NCBI GenBank assembly: GCA_028534125.1
Contig: CM052817.1
Location: forward strand, 72,852,001-72,916,000
Reading direction: 5' to 3'
Source of the DNA: Lama glama
Taxonomy: Eukaryota
Length of the DNA stretch: 64,000 bases
This document shows, piece after piece, positions 1 to 12,303 of the stretch. The notes under the pieces were generated by a model, which was not told where the DNA came from, ran no database searches, and worked only from the letters and a program-made list of their open reading frames with translations. Numbering within the stretch: the stretch's first letter is position 1; every line of letters begins with the position of its first letter. The translations under genes and the position numbers were made by a program.

Positions 1-459
1 GAGACAAGTATGCACAATGGAGAAAGACAGTCTTTTCATAAATGATGCTGGGAAAACTGGACAGCTATGTGTAAAAGAATAAAATTATAAAATTAGAACA
101 TTTTCTCACATCATATACAAAAATAAACTCAAAGTGTGTTAAAGACCTAAATGTAAGACAGGAAACCATAAAACTCCTAGAAGAAAACATAGGCAGAACA
201 CTCTTTTGACATTAATTGTAACAATATTTTTTTTGGATCTGTCTTCTAGAGCAAAGAAAGAAAAAAAAAATAAAATAAACAAGACCTAATTTAAACCTAA
301 AAGCTTTTGCTCAGTAAAAGAAACCATGGACAAAACAAAAAGACAACAAGAGAAAATAATTGCAAATGATATGACAGATAAAGGGTTAATATTCAAAATA
401 TATAAACTGCTTATTCAACTCAACATCAAAAAAACAAACAACCCAATTTAAAAAATGGC
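1..459 (+). mobile_element. LINE-1 ORF2 C-terminal fragment (runs off window start, 3'-truncated)
   Basis: Degenerate match to the L1 ORF2 region KDSLFNKWCWENW...[26 protein letters not shown] (e.g. aaagacctaaatgtaagacaggaaaccataaaactcctagaagaaaacataggc). Confidence 0.9.
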
Positions 460-2410
460 TTGACCATTTTAAATGCCTTGACATAATTTTCTTAAAATAC
501 CATTAATTAAATCTACTGAAATAATTTTAAGTTGTTGCTTAATATTATAGAGTGTTTCTTTTTTCCAACCAGTTAATTTGGCATCATGTAGATGTAATTT
601 TAAAACTGCCTCTACCATTTGTCTATTTTACAATCCTATTCTGTTTTAAACTACATTTTAATGAAAATTCTAATCAGTATAATTAAATAATTTTGAGATT
701 ACGTTAGGAGAGAAACAGATTTGAACAAACAGGAATTCTGATCATTACAGTACAGGTTCTCACAGCCAAAGACAGGTTAGAGTGAAGGTTTCTCAGTCCA
801 CGTTTTCTCAAGAAAAGCAAAAGTATGATAGTAAAAAAAATGCTCATCTCAACCTATGAACAACACATAAAATATACAAAAGGAAAAACTCTCCTTAGAA
901 GTCAGTGAAGTATCTGAATATAATACTAAGAAGCTGCTCCAGCTAGCATTGAATGTAGGGTTTTTTTTTAATTTTTTGAGTTTTATATTTTTCAAAGGTG
1001 TTTCAACACACAAAATGGACCAGTCTGGCGAATTACATGTACCTCTATTTATCCACAGAAAAATATAATTGAGCCAGCAACAAAACAGACTCAAGAACCA
1101 TGGTGCCAGCAAATCCTTGATCTTAAATTTAAGGAGAGAAGAAACAGACTCAAAGACAGTTGTTAAGGGATTCTGGCAGAATCTCTTCAGAGAGAGAAGT
1201 TAATAGGTGTAATAAATGACCCAGGGCACTGGTAGGAACACATTATATAAATAAACTTAAGAAGAAGTTCTACAAAAAACTTGGACCCAAACAAATGTGA
1301 ACCTGTAAGTTACAAATGCAAACTCAGGATGGCATGGCCTATTAAAAGCTATTTGACCTGCCGTTCCTCTGTTCTTTTGTCAGTTATAGGAGTGTCCTCT
1401 TAAGCTGTCACTTTTACAGATGTAAGCAAAATAATTTTATAAAGGGATATTTTGTCTTATTAAACACTGCCCCCAGTACATAGTCCAGATTTCCCTCTTA
1501 GCATGAAGGAAAAGTGAATGAATATTGGAGCAGAAGGTTTACATTAGAGTTTTTATTTAAATTATCATTACCATGGGCTCTTAAATCACCTAATGATTCG
1601 TTTGCTTTGCAAACCTAAAACAGAACTTTTTAAGATAAACTTTAACTTGCTACAAATCATAAAATTATTTCCATATAAAGTCTGTTTATTAAATGTGTTA
1701 AACTGTTATATGGTCCCTTTAAATTTATGGAAAGGCAAAGAATTGCTTGGAGGAATACCTGCAAAAGCAATACGCATCATAAAAAAATCTTTTATACTAT
1801 AAAAATAGAGAGTACACCAGGAATATCCAAGGCTGGAAACTGAATTACTAAGTCTAACATGAGCCAAGATGATCTCATTTTATGTGGAGCCATCCTTAAA
1901 GGCAAAGATTACAGCCTTAAACTTTATCTATTAGACTTTCATTATTTTGGCTAATTCTAAGAGGAGGCATTTCAGACTTCTTCATCTCCTGATTACAAGG
2001 AATTTAATGACTGATTGGGGTTCAACAGCATATAGCCCTTTCCCTACTTTTAGATGCAAACAAATTCCTAGAAAAGATATGATTACAAATTACCATAGTT
2101 CCCAGCAAAAGATCACAAGGTTAATGTTTTAGCAGCTGTAGGATATACCTGTTAATTGTAGAGATTTTAGCTGTAGACACAACCATAGCCCTCCCTGAAA
2201 GGAACTATATATGGCCAGTTTAGCTTTGTAACACCTTGAAATTGGCACATTAAGCCATGAGGAAAATTATTAGACACCAATGCCCTGTTTCTGCCAAACA
2301 ACAAATACTCCCTAAGTAAAGCTGTGCTGCTACACTAAAAACCAGACAATATTTTTTTCCTATGACAATCTCTGTAGGAATTAACAACAGAAAGAATTCT
2401 CTTCACTCAC

Positions 2411-2461
2411 ATATATATTATATATATTTATATATATAATATAAATATATATAATATATAT
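2411..2461. repeat. Interrupted (TA)n forming a perfect 23-bp-arm inverted repeat
   Basis: 2411-2433 atatatattatatatatttatat is the exact reverse complement of 2439-2461; 5-nt spacer. Confidence 0.9.
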
Positions 2462-3261
2462 ATTCCTCCATGACTTCACTTCATTGGTGCGTGTCAGAGG
2501 ATTACCAGTCTCAAAGAAAATATCACTTCAGAATACTTTATGACAAGTCTCTAGCTTTTGAGTCTGCGGTAATTAGAGATTGATTTTCTTTTCATATCTT
2601 CACAACCACAGCTAAAAGTGAAATCATACTTAACCTCCTGCTACTTGTCAAGTCAAATACCCATGAACACACACAACAGAGAGTAAGCAGTACAGTTGTC
2701 CTTCAGAATGTTTTCTTGTAAATAGATTTGCCACCTTAATTTATTAATTTAATTGCAACAAGGAATATATTTGTCTGATTACATCATGAGGTTGTAATGA
2801 AAATTAAGCACTTACAAGTCTCTAAAGAATCCTTATCTCTTTGGATACAAAAACTAGCCAACATCTAAAATATCTTCCATTTATGTCATAGAAGTTTCAT
2901 AGGCAATAAAGACAACATTACACATAGCTGTCTTGAGGCAGTGACTGGTTTTTCACTACTGATGAGGAACAAAGGAAAAAATATTTGTAACATGCTTCAA
3001 CTGGATATTACAGAAGCTGAGTATTACTCTAAACAAAACTGATCCTTGAAGTGGATAGATTCTTCTCATCGCTATCATTTTTTGAGAGGTATGGCATACT
3101 GCCAAGTAAAATACATATTTAAATGAAGTAATGCAAGAAAAATGATGAATTACATAGTTTGTATTTTACAAATACAATTTGATATATATGTGCTCTCTTT
3201 GTCAAGATCTTGAAAGGAGAATAAAATGCAAACTAAAGTTTAATCAATGTCTAAGACACAC

Positions 3262-3459
3262 TTTCACTTACTATCTCACTTAATCCTCAGAAGTAATCAT
3301 ACACTATAGATACTATTATCCCCATTTTCCAGGATGATGATTAAAACTCTGATGTTAAGTGACTTGCCCAAGTGTAAGTTATAAAGCTAGCAATCAATGG
3401 AATCTGATTTTTGAACCCAGGATTTGATATGCCAAACCAACGTTCTTTCCATTACACCA
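3262..3459 (-). mobile_element. MIR SINE
   Basis: Antisense MIR core: tattatccccatttt...gttaagtgacttgcccaag...ttgaacccagg. Confidence 0.8.
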
Positions 3460-3976
3460 AGTTGCCTCCTTACACAACACTCAATATTCTTTTCAGCTGA
3501 AGGACAATACTGAGAAAAGCTCAGCATATGACTCAACATACGACTCTGGGGTACTTGTGTGGATTTCCAACTTATGAGGTTCGGTGAGAGATAAGGAAGC
3601 AGCCAGGAGAGCAGTAGTAAATCCTTAAGTGTCATTCAATAGAAAACACCCCAGAGCCATTCATTTTAACCTTGGCAAAGGTGTATTGACTTTTGGTTTA
3701 GTTCCCTTTTCTGGATTTCATTAAAAGATAGTGCATGTGTAAATCAAAAAATACAAGAAGAATGAAAATTGAAAAAAAAGAAAAAAACCCTGGGTAAGTA
3801 AAGGAGGCCAGTATTTAGTTTATAAATGCAATATTCTTTATAAAACAAATTCTTTCTGACACAGTTATGTAATTTATGTAAATTAAACTTTAAGTTCCTT
3901 GAAGGAATTAATTACTCAAAGGAATACTTTGGTGTAATTTTTGTAAGCAAATATTAATCTTGAACATAGCTGTCTG

Positions 3977-4242
3977 TAGGCAATATAGCACAATGCCTGA
4001 CAGCAGGGACTTCAGAGCCAGACTTCCCAGGATTTAATTCTGACTCTGTTTACCAGCCATGTAGACTTGAGTTAAGTTACCAACCTCTCTGTATCTCAGT
4101 TTCCTCATTTGTAAAATAAAGGGCTGATAAAAATAGTATCCATCTCAAGAGTTATTGTGAGAGCTAAAATGAATAAAAATACACATTAAGTACTGGGAAC
4201 CATAAGTACTGGCACATAGTAAGTATTAAACATGTTAACTAA
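3977..4242 (+). mobile_element. MIR SINE, near full length
   Basis: cagagccagact...aacctctctgtatctcagtttcctcatttgtaaaat...gttattgtgaga...ggcacatagtaagt. Confidence 0.85.
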
Positions 4243-5010
4243 AAATATCTACACTGTTTAGAACAATGTAGATCTCTTTTACAAATTGCTGTTTATTTGG
4301 AATCTGAATAAACATTGATGATAAAGATGATGACGATAATGTAAAATTATCATACCCATTTAACTACATTATTGATCACTATACTGGATAGTTATTTGAG
4401 TCAAAGCTAAATTTCTGTCTTAAAGACCCAGGTAAACCAGTTTTCAGATACATGGAAGTATTAAGGAATGCATAAGTAGGACTATAGGTTGAAACAAATA
4501 AAGATATAGATAGATAAACAGATAGATTGGAATTATATACTTACAAATATAGAGATACACACAATAGGAATTTTTTTAAAAGATCGTAATGATACAGAAA
4601 CAAACCTGACCACTGAAGTGAAACAACCGTTTGCCCACCTGAGCATTCCAAGATCTTGTTGACTCCTAAAACTTTGTTCTTGCCCAGATGCCAAAACGTC
4701 TGAAGTTCTACTTGCAATAAAAGACTCATGTTATTGAATAAAGTTCATTCAATTCCTTTTTTTAAAGAACAAAACTACTTATAAGAAGGGTTAGTCACAC
4801 ATAAATTAATTCAGTCATTAATTCAGTGACTGATCAGCTTCTCTTTTCTAGGAAATGAAGAAGCCCAAGGCAGAAGAGTTCAATCCTGTTTAGTACTCCG
4901 CTTAGAGAGGAAGAAGCAAGGGTAGACCCAGAAAGGAATGAAGAGTAGGGGGCCCACTCAAAGAGCATAGGGCCAGCCCTAGATTGACTTTCATTTTTTA
5001 TCCTCTAAGC

Positions 5011-5225
5011 CAGGCTAGGAAAACTTTTTCTGTAAAGGGTCAGATAGTAAATATTTCAGCTCTGCAGGTCATCCACAGTCTCTGCCACAACTACTCAACT
5101 CTGCCATCATGGCACAAAAGCAGCTGAGATAATACTTAAACAGAAGGGCTGTGCTCCAATAACTCTATTCACAAATACAGGCTGTGGCCAGATTTGGCCC
5201 TCAAGATGCAGTCTGCATACCTCTG
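5011..5225 (+). mobile_element. MER58A-like hAT-Charlie MITE
   Basis: aaactttttctgtaaagggtcagatagtaaatattt...caactactcaactctgcc...ggccagatttggccc; CAG...CTG ends; 8-bp TSD-like ctctaagc (5003-5010) / ctctagac (5226-5233). Confidence 0.85.
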
Positions 5226-5529
5226 CTCTAGACCAGGAGCCACTTGAGATTTTCTGATAAAACCCCCTACCATATTGCCCACACACAAAATTTAATTAGT
5301 AATAAAGCAATGGAAAGTATTTCTGTGAAGAGAGTAAAAAGAGCATATATTAATATGTATAAATCTTTAATCTAAGTAAAATGCAGAGTAAACCCAAAAC
5401 TCTGTTACAGTCTCTACATATAAACCCTGTAATAGAACACAGAGGCCCTAGGTTGTCTCAAACTGATGTTCTGAAATTTGTGAAAGTCATTGTGGCTCAA
5501 TGTTTTCTTTTTCTGGAACCCTTCATATA

Positions 5530-5652
5530 GAGATTTCTCCATTTTAATAAATAAGGAAACAAACTTTAAAAAATGTTAAGGAACCCAAAGTAAATCTGGC
5601 AAATGGCAGATAATCAAAATACCAGACTGGTCTGACTTCAAAGCCCGTGCTG
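5530..5652 (-). mobile_element. Degenerate MIR fragment
   Basis: ccattttaataaataaggaaac...ggtctgacttcaaagcccgtgct resembles antisense MIR. Confidence 0.5.
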
Positions 5653-6800
5653 AAAAAAGAGCTTATTTCTACTAATAGGAAAAGTGCTCTTCATTGGAGC
5701 CCGTAAAGTAACACTGATAGCCTAAGCACTTATTATGGGTAAAGCAGGATATTGCAGCAGGGTTTCCACTCTGGAGGTTCTTGATAAACAACCCATAATA
5801 GTATCAGAACTCTAATATTACTGTTGGATATTTCAAGAAAATGTAGAATATTTACACTCAACCTATATTTTTGTTACCCTAAATATTTCAAACAATTATT
5901 TTATTTTGGATAAGTTGAATACTGGTGTTCAGAGTTAAGTTGTGTTAATATTTAATTTAAAGCTATATATTAATAAAGATATGTCCTAGAAGGGGGAATC
6001 TATTTAAATTTTGTTAAACACCAGGGGAAAACATAATTGGTGAATTCAATTCAAAACATTTATTGGGCTTTTACTCAAATAACTTTAAACATGTATATAA
6101 ATTAAATGGCAAAATTTCATAAGTAAATCTTAAAAGAATAATCAGGAAAGGCAGACGGGCTTTAACTTAAAGAATTGCTTTTTACAAAAGAGCCACTAGT
6201 GATAATTCACACAGTGAAACATATGACATCACAATGTACATTTTATTTATAAGGGATTAGTTGGTTATATCCTAAGAATAAATACAATGGACTTCAGATT
6301 TTACCTAGGCTGCTGAGATTATATTATGACATTGATTTCTGTATCTGTCATCATACAGTAACCTTAAAATGTATTGCTGACCTAGTATAAACTGTCTTAC
6401 ATCTTTGAGTAGTGCCATTCTAGCACTAAGACTGCAAAACAATCAAGGCAAAAAGATTGCAATTTATTATTACTGAAATTCTGAAAAACAATTTCAATTT
6501 TATATCATTTCTTTTTGATATTCAAATAGTTTCTATTTACTAAATTAAGCACATTCTCTAGGACTTCTAAAAACATGATTGTAGGAATTCAGTAATGACA
6601 AGGTAGGTAATTTGGACAAATGCTCGGCTAGAAAAACTAAACAAAATATAAAAAATAATTCTCCAAGGAACTGGAAAGCCAAAAAATAGTGAAAAATAAC
6701 CAGGACAATATTTGGGGAGATTGAGGACCAAGGAGTTGAGCCTGGTGTTTGAAAACTTATTCTCTGAGGAAACTGACAAATCCATAAGGGGCAACTCAGT

Positions 6801-6941
6801 GGGGAGGGTATAGCTCTGTGGCAGAGCATGCGTTTAGTGTGCACAAGGTCCTGGGTTCAATCCCCAGTACCTCCAATAAAAAACAAACAAACAAACAAAT
6901 TTAATTCCCCCCCCTAAAAAAAAACCCAAAAAACCAAAAAA
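6801..6941 (+). mobile_element. tRNA-Ala-derived camelid SINE (vic-1 type)
   Basis: ggggagggtatagctctgtggcagagc (A box)...ggtcctgggttcaatccccagtacctcca (B box), then A-rich/(caaa)n linker, C-run and A tail. Confidence 0.85.
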
Positions 6942-7149
6942 GCCCTGCTCCAGTCACTACATCCTAAAAGCAGAATAGAAGGGGCAACTCAGTGGCTAAG
7001 AAGCTGAACAGTGCTACCAACAGTCTTGTAAAGCTAGAAGGGATTGGAGTCCAGGGGTATTCACTTTCTTCTGGTTAGTTTTCATGTGCATGACATATCT
7101 GAATTTAAACTCAAATTAATTAGTATTTACATTAAGTGAAAAATAAATT

Positions 7150-9405
7150 TAATTTCAATTAAGAGAAAAAGATCATCAGACTGAATTTTTTTTAATATTA
7201 TATGCTACTGTAGACATGCCTAAAGCAAAAAGATACAGAATGCTAAAAGTAAAAGAATGCTAAAAGAAACCATGCAACTCCAACCAAAAAATAACATAGT
7301 ATAATATACTAATATAAAACAGCAGATTTGAAGGCATTACTAGAGATAAAACAGCACATTTCATAATGATAAAAGTCTATCCCAACATGAAAATATATTT
7401 CTAAATTTGCACATGCATTACAACATAGCCTCGTAATACACAGAACAAAAATTCATAGTACTACAGGAACTAGGTAAATCTATAATCATAATGGAAGATC
7501 CCAACATATATGTTTTAATAAGTATTAGAATAAACAGACAAAATATCAGTAAGAACTTAGAAAATTTGAATAATATAATTAATAAGCTTGAACTTATTGA
7601 CAGAGAACATTGCCCTCAACAAGGGCAGAATATGCATTCTTTTTAAGCATGCATAACTCATTTATAAAAATTGATCGTCTTCTAAAACATAAGGCAAATT
7701 TCAATAAATTTTAATGAACTGAAATCTACAGTATGTTTTCTGACCAATTAAGGTAAAATAAATGTTTTAAATTTTTAGGAAAAGAAATCCTACATTGGAA
7801 ATTAATCAGTACACCCTAAATCATTTACAGATTAAATATAATTCCGATCAAAATCCTAGCAGGCTTTTGTTTTATTTTGTTTTTTTTTATGCATAATATG
7901 AAAAGCTTATCCTAAGTGTATATGAAAATAATGAAGGCCAAAATTATCCTAATATCAAGATTTGTATAAAATTACATAATTAAAACAATGTGGTATTGGC
8001 ATAAGGATGGGTAAACAGAATTATGGAACAGAACACAGAGCCAGGGAACACTCACTCATTTGTGGAGAGTTAATTTTTAACAAAGATGGCACTGCAAAAG
8101 AGCTAAAAAGGATAATTTTTTTTCCAACAATTTGTGCTGAGACAATTGAATGCCCTTGCAGAGAAAAAAGCTAAAACTGACCTTTACTTCTTACCATGTA
8201 CAAAAGTATGATAGGCAAATTATACTAGATTCTAAAAGATAATATTATGGAATATATTTATAACCTTGGGGTAGAGAAAGACTTCTTAAACAGAACAGAA
8301 AAACTGTGGAGGAAAGGGGTGATAAATTGGACTAAATTAAATCTAATCTAATAAAAGATCATGAAAGAAAAGGTTCATAAATTGGATGACGTTAAATTCA
8401 AAACTTCTGTTTTTCAAAATACACCACGAAGAGAGTGAAAAGGCAAGCCACAAACTGGGGAAGATAACTATAATAAATATAATGAGCAACAGACTCAGAT
8501 CCACAGCAATTAATAAGAAAAAGTCAATGTAATAGTAATATGGGTAAGAGACTTAGACAAGTGCTTCACTGAAGAGGATATCTAAATGGCTCATAAATAG
8601 GAAAAGGGCTCAACATCGTAAGTAATTAGGGGAATGGAAATTAAAGTTACCAAGAGACACAACAACATCCCCCCAGAATGGCCAGAATGAAAACATTTGA
8701 TAATATCAGTATTTGAAAGTATGTGGAACATTGGGAATTCTAACACTGATGGTAGGAGAAATGGTAGTAGAAATAATATGGAAAACAGTTTAGAGCTATC
8801 TTTTAAATTTAAAGATATGTTTACCTTGGGACCTACCATTTCCACTCCTATGTATATAACCAACAATAAATGTGTGTACATGTTCTCAAGAGACATATTC
8901 AAGAATGTTCATGGCAATATTTTTCATAATATAAAAAACTGGAAACAGCACAAATGTCAATCAATGAAAAATGATAGAACATGATAGATTCACACAATGG
9001 AATTCTATGCAACAATAAAAATGAATAAGCTTCACTAAGACAACATGAATGATTCTTACAAACAAATCTATTGACATAAAATCAGATACAAAAGAACTTG
9101 TCAGTTTAACTTACATAAAGTTTTTTAAATAGACAAAACTAAACTACAGAGATTTTGGACATGTGCTTGAGTACATCTATAAAGAAAAGAAAGGAAATTA
9201 TTTTATTAGGATATTAATTAACATTAGGAGGGATAGAGAGGGCAATGATTGGGAAGGAGTGTGGAAGGGGTCTTCGGGGGAGTGACAATATACAATTTCT
9301 TGACCTGAATGGGCTACCTGGATGTTCCTTTTGCAATAAACCATTGAACTATGTTTTTATTTTCTGTGCTATTCTATAGGTGTGTTATGTTTTACAATTA
9401 AAAAG
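7150..9405 (+). mobile_element. Old L1 (L1M-type): endonuclease region joined to ORF2 3' end and 3'UTR
   Basis: Endonuclease-like cacatttcataatgataaaag, aaacagacaaaatatcagtaag; then aattaaaacaatgtggtattggcataagg, gagagtgaaaaggcaagccacaaactggg and a 3'UTR with tttcttgacctg; the RT-coding middle appears absent. Confidence 0.8.
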
Positions 9406-9571
9406 TATTTTTAATTACCTTCTGCATTAGAACTTATATTAAAATTCCAAATATTATTTTAATAGCTATCTGATATTACAGTGATGTGCTTGAAAATTAG
9501 TTAAAAATACTGATTCACCAAAGATTCACCAAGGATAGAGCCAAACAAATAACAGTAATAAAAGCAAATAC

Positions 9572-9660
9572 AATATTAATAATGGCTAAGATATATAGCA
9601 CTTACTACATGTCAGGCACTATTTCACGCACTTTGTGTATATTAACTCACTTAATCTCTT
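9572..9660 (-). mobile_element. MIR 3' fragment
   Basis: tagcacttactacatgtcaggcact...ttaactcacttaatc. Confidence 0.7.
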
Positions 9661-11057
9661 AAGTCCTATAGACATATAGAACAGAAATATCTGAATATAT
9701 ATTCTCTCTTCTAATCTGAATCATAGGATTACTACTTGTGAAGAAATACATCACAAAGGAAAACAGCTCTGAATATACACTGCTCTCAGGAGTGCACCCT
9801 TTCCAAAAGTCATGAGTCACAACAAACAAACAAAAACACTTGTCAAGGAGTTTACACCAATAAGTCAGGAAGAGATTAAGTGTTTTAAAAGAGATCAAGT
9901 CTGTCCATCAGCTAAGGGTGGAGCCAGTTAGGAAGCATTATAAATAAATGGTAAATTTAGCAGAAGATTTTTTAAAATTCAGATTATCTAACTAATCCAC
10001 CCATTTTTGGACATTTCTTCTTTTACCTTAGACTCTTCAATGTTTGCATACAGGACACATTTCTTTTTAATTTTTAAGATCCCAATATAGTGTTGAAACA
10101 ACTTTTTCTTAGATCAGCTAATATCCCAAATGCAATCAAGCTGACCTTGTACTGTAGTAGTAGTAAGAATTCCCATCAAATGCTCCATGGTTGGAAGGAT
10201 GTGTTCAACCAAGCAGGACACCACTAAACATGTAAACACTACAGTGTCTTTGAGTTGCTAGGAAGATATTTTGATCCTTTTTAAATTCTGAGATTAAAAC
10301 CTCACTGAGAATTGTGCTTTAGTTTGTGACAACTTAAATATCCAGTCTACTATTTGATAAAATAACATCAGTTCCCATAGATACACAGAACAGCATGGTC
10401 AGCTAACTTGGAGTTGGTTGACTATTTCACTTTTCAATTCTGTTTGTATATGGTGTAGACACACTGCTTGTTTGAACTCCCTGGCTCTCTCAACATATTA
10501 AGTAACTGCAGGTATAGAAAACAATTCCTCCTGTAATTCTGATCAAAAAAGATCAGTGTGGGTCTTCTGCATGTTAATGCCACTATGGAGGCAGGATAAT
10601 AGATACCCCTCAACATATGAAGTTTGTTTTGCTAACTTTGACTAAAAAGTTAGAGAACAGTTCTGTTTCATCTGGATTTACTGAAAAAGTTAAAAAAAAT
10701 CATTAAGATTAAGCTGTGGTGATGCACACACACAAGATAAAATCACTTTACCAAGGTCTATTTTTCTTAGTGAATTAAGTGATTTACATCAGGAAATAGT
10801 AAATTTCTTTTCTTTTTTCTCTTTACAAATAGTAATAAAACCATTTTTACAATGTAAATATTACAGTGATACCATAGAAACTCTTAACATTAACAAGTTA
10901 TTAAATTGCATCTCTTTAACAATCAGAATGCTGTATGGTATAATCCAACTTTTTAATAAATTGATAGACTTAATTTAAATGGAAAGGTTTAGGATACAAT
11001 CCTGAGTATGCATTCATCAATTCAGCACTGAGTTATATTTGGGAAACCCTACTATAT

Positions 11058-12303
11058 ATTTTTAAGTAAACTTTTATTCTGAGATAACTGTAGATCACAA
11101 GCAGTTGTAAGTAATAATATAGAGAGAGCTCATATACCACTTACACGTTTTGCCTAATGGTAACATCTTGCAAGACTGTTTAGTATAATATCACAGCCAG
11201 GATAGTGATATTCACATAATCAAGATGCAGGCCATTTCCATTATCACAAGGATTTCTCCTGTTGCCCTTGTATAACCACACCCACTTCCCCTCTGCCCTT
11301 CCCCCATGCTAAACGAGTGCAACTACTAATCTATTCACCTCTATAATTCTGTCATTCAAGAACAAACATACCTCAGAGATACTGTGGGGTTCACCTCCAA
11401 ACTATGAAATAAAGTAAGTGTCACAATAAAGCAAGTTATATGAATTTTGGGGTTTCCCAGTACATGTAAAAGCTATGTTTACACTATACTGTAGTTCATT
11501 AAATGTTCAATAGCACTATGTCTAAAAAAAAAAAAGTAGTATCTTAATTTTAAAAAATACTTCATTGCTAAAAAATACTAACCATAATCTGAGCCTTAAA
11601 AAAGCAAGTCATCATAGTAACACCAATGATCACTGATCACAGATCACCATAACAAATACAATAATAATGAAAAAGTTTGAAATATTGCGAGGATTACCAA
11701 AACGTGACACAAGCACCCAAAGTGAGCAAATACTGTTGGGAAAATGGCACTAATAGTCTCGCTCAATGCAGCTGCCACAAACTTCCAATTTGTAAAAAAC
11801 AAAACAAAACAAAACAAACCTCACACACACAAAAACTCAATACCTGTGAAGCACAATAAAACAAGGTGTGCCTATAATTGGAATCATACTGTACATGAAC
11901 TTTTGGGATTGGCTTTCTCACCCAGCATAATTCTCTCAAGATTCATCTGGGTTATTGCATATGTCAGTGGATTGTTCTCTTTATGATTGAGTAGCATGGT
12001 ATTGATGTACCGCAATATGTTTAACTACTCACCTGTTGAAGGACATCTGGATTATCGCTAGTTTTTGGCTGTTTACACATATAAGGCTGCTATAAACATC
12101 ACGCACAGGTTTTTGCATAAACAGAAATTTTTATTTCTCTGGGATAAATGCCCAGAAGTGTAATCACTGGGTCATATTGTAGTTAGATGTTTAGTTTTTT
12201 AAGAAACTGCCAAAATGTTTTCCGAAGTGGCTATACCATTTTACATTCCCACCAGTAGTGTATGAGTACTCCACTTTCTCCACATCCTGGCCAGCATCTG
12301 GTG
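11058..12303 (-). mobile_element. L1 (L1MC-like) 3' end, interrupted by a Tigger1 derivative
   Basis: Antisense L1 3'UTR/ORF2: gagataactgtagatcacaagcagttgtaag..., acctgttgaaggacatctgg, aagaaactgccaaaatgttttcc, ttacattcccaccagtagtgtatgag. Confidence 0.85.
11363..11874 (-). mobile_element. Tigger1 internal-deletion derivative (TcMar-Tigger)
   Basis: Both Tigger1 termini present (catacctcagagatactgtgggg...; gatcactgatcacagatcaccataac...aaagtttgaaatattgcgag...aataaaacaaggtgtgcct) without transposase; TA follows the right end. Confidence 0.85.

Noticed and set aside
4639..4707. Minus-strand 69-nt exon candidate (gtag|AACTTCAG...CTCAG|gtgggc)
   Set aside because: Weak pyrimidine tract and donor; translations not recognisable; no partner exons.
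6801..6875. Functional tRNA-Ala gene
   Set aside because: The anticodon arm and stems are degenerate, and an A-rich tail and flanking repeat follow. It is a SINE.
9512..9533. Short tandem duplications (gattcaccaa x2; similar ones at ~7238, ~47860, ~52703)
   Set aside because: Ordinary slippage micro-duplications with no sign of function.
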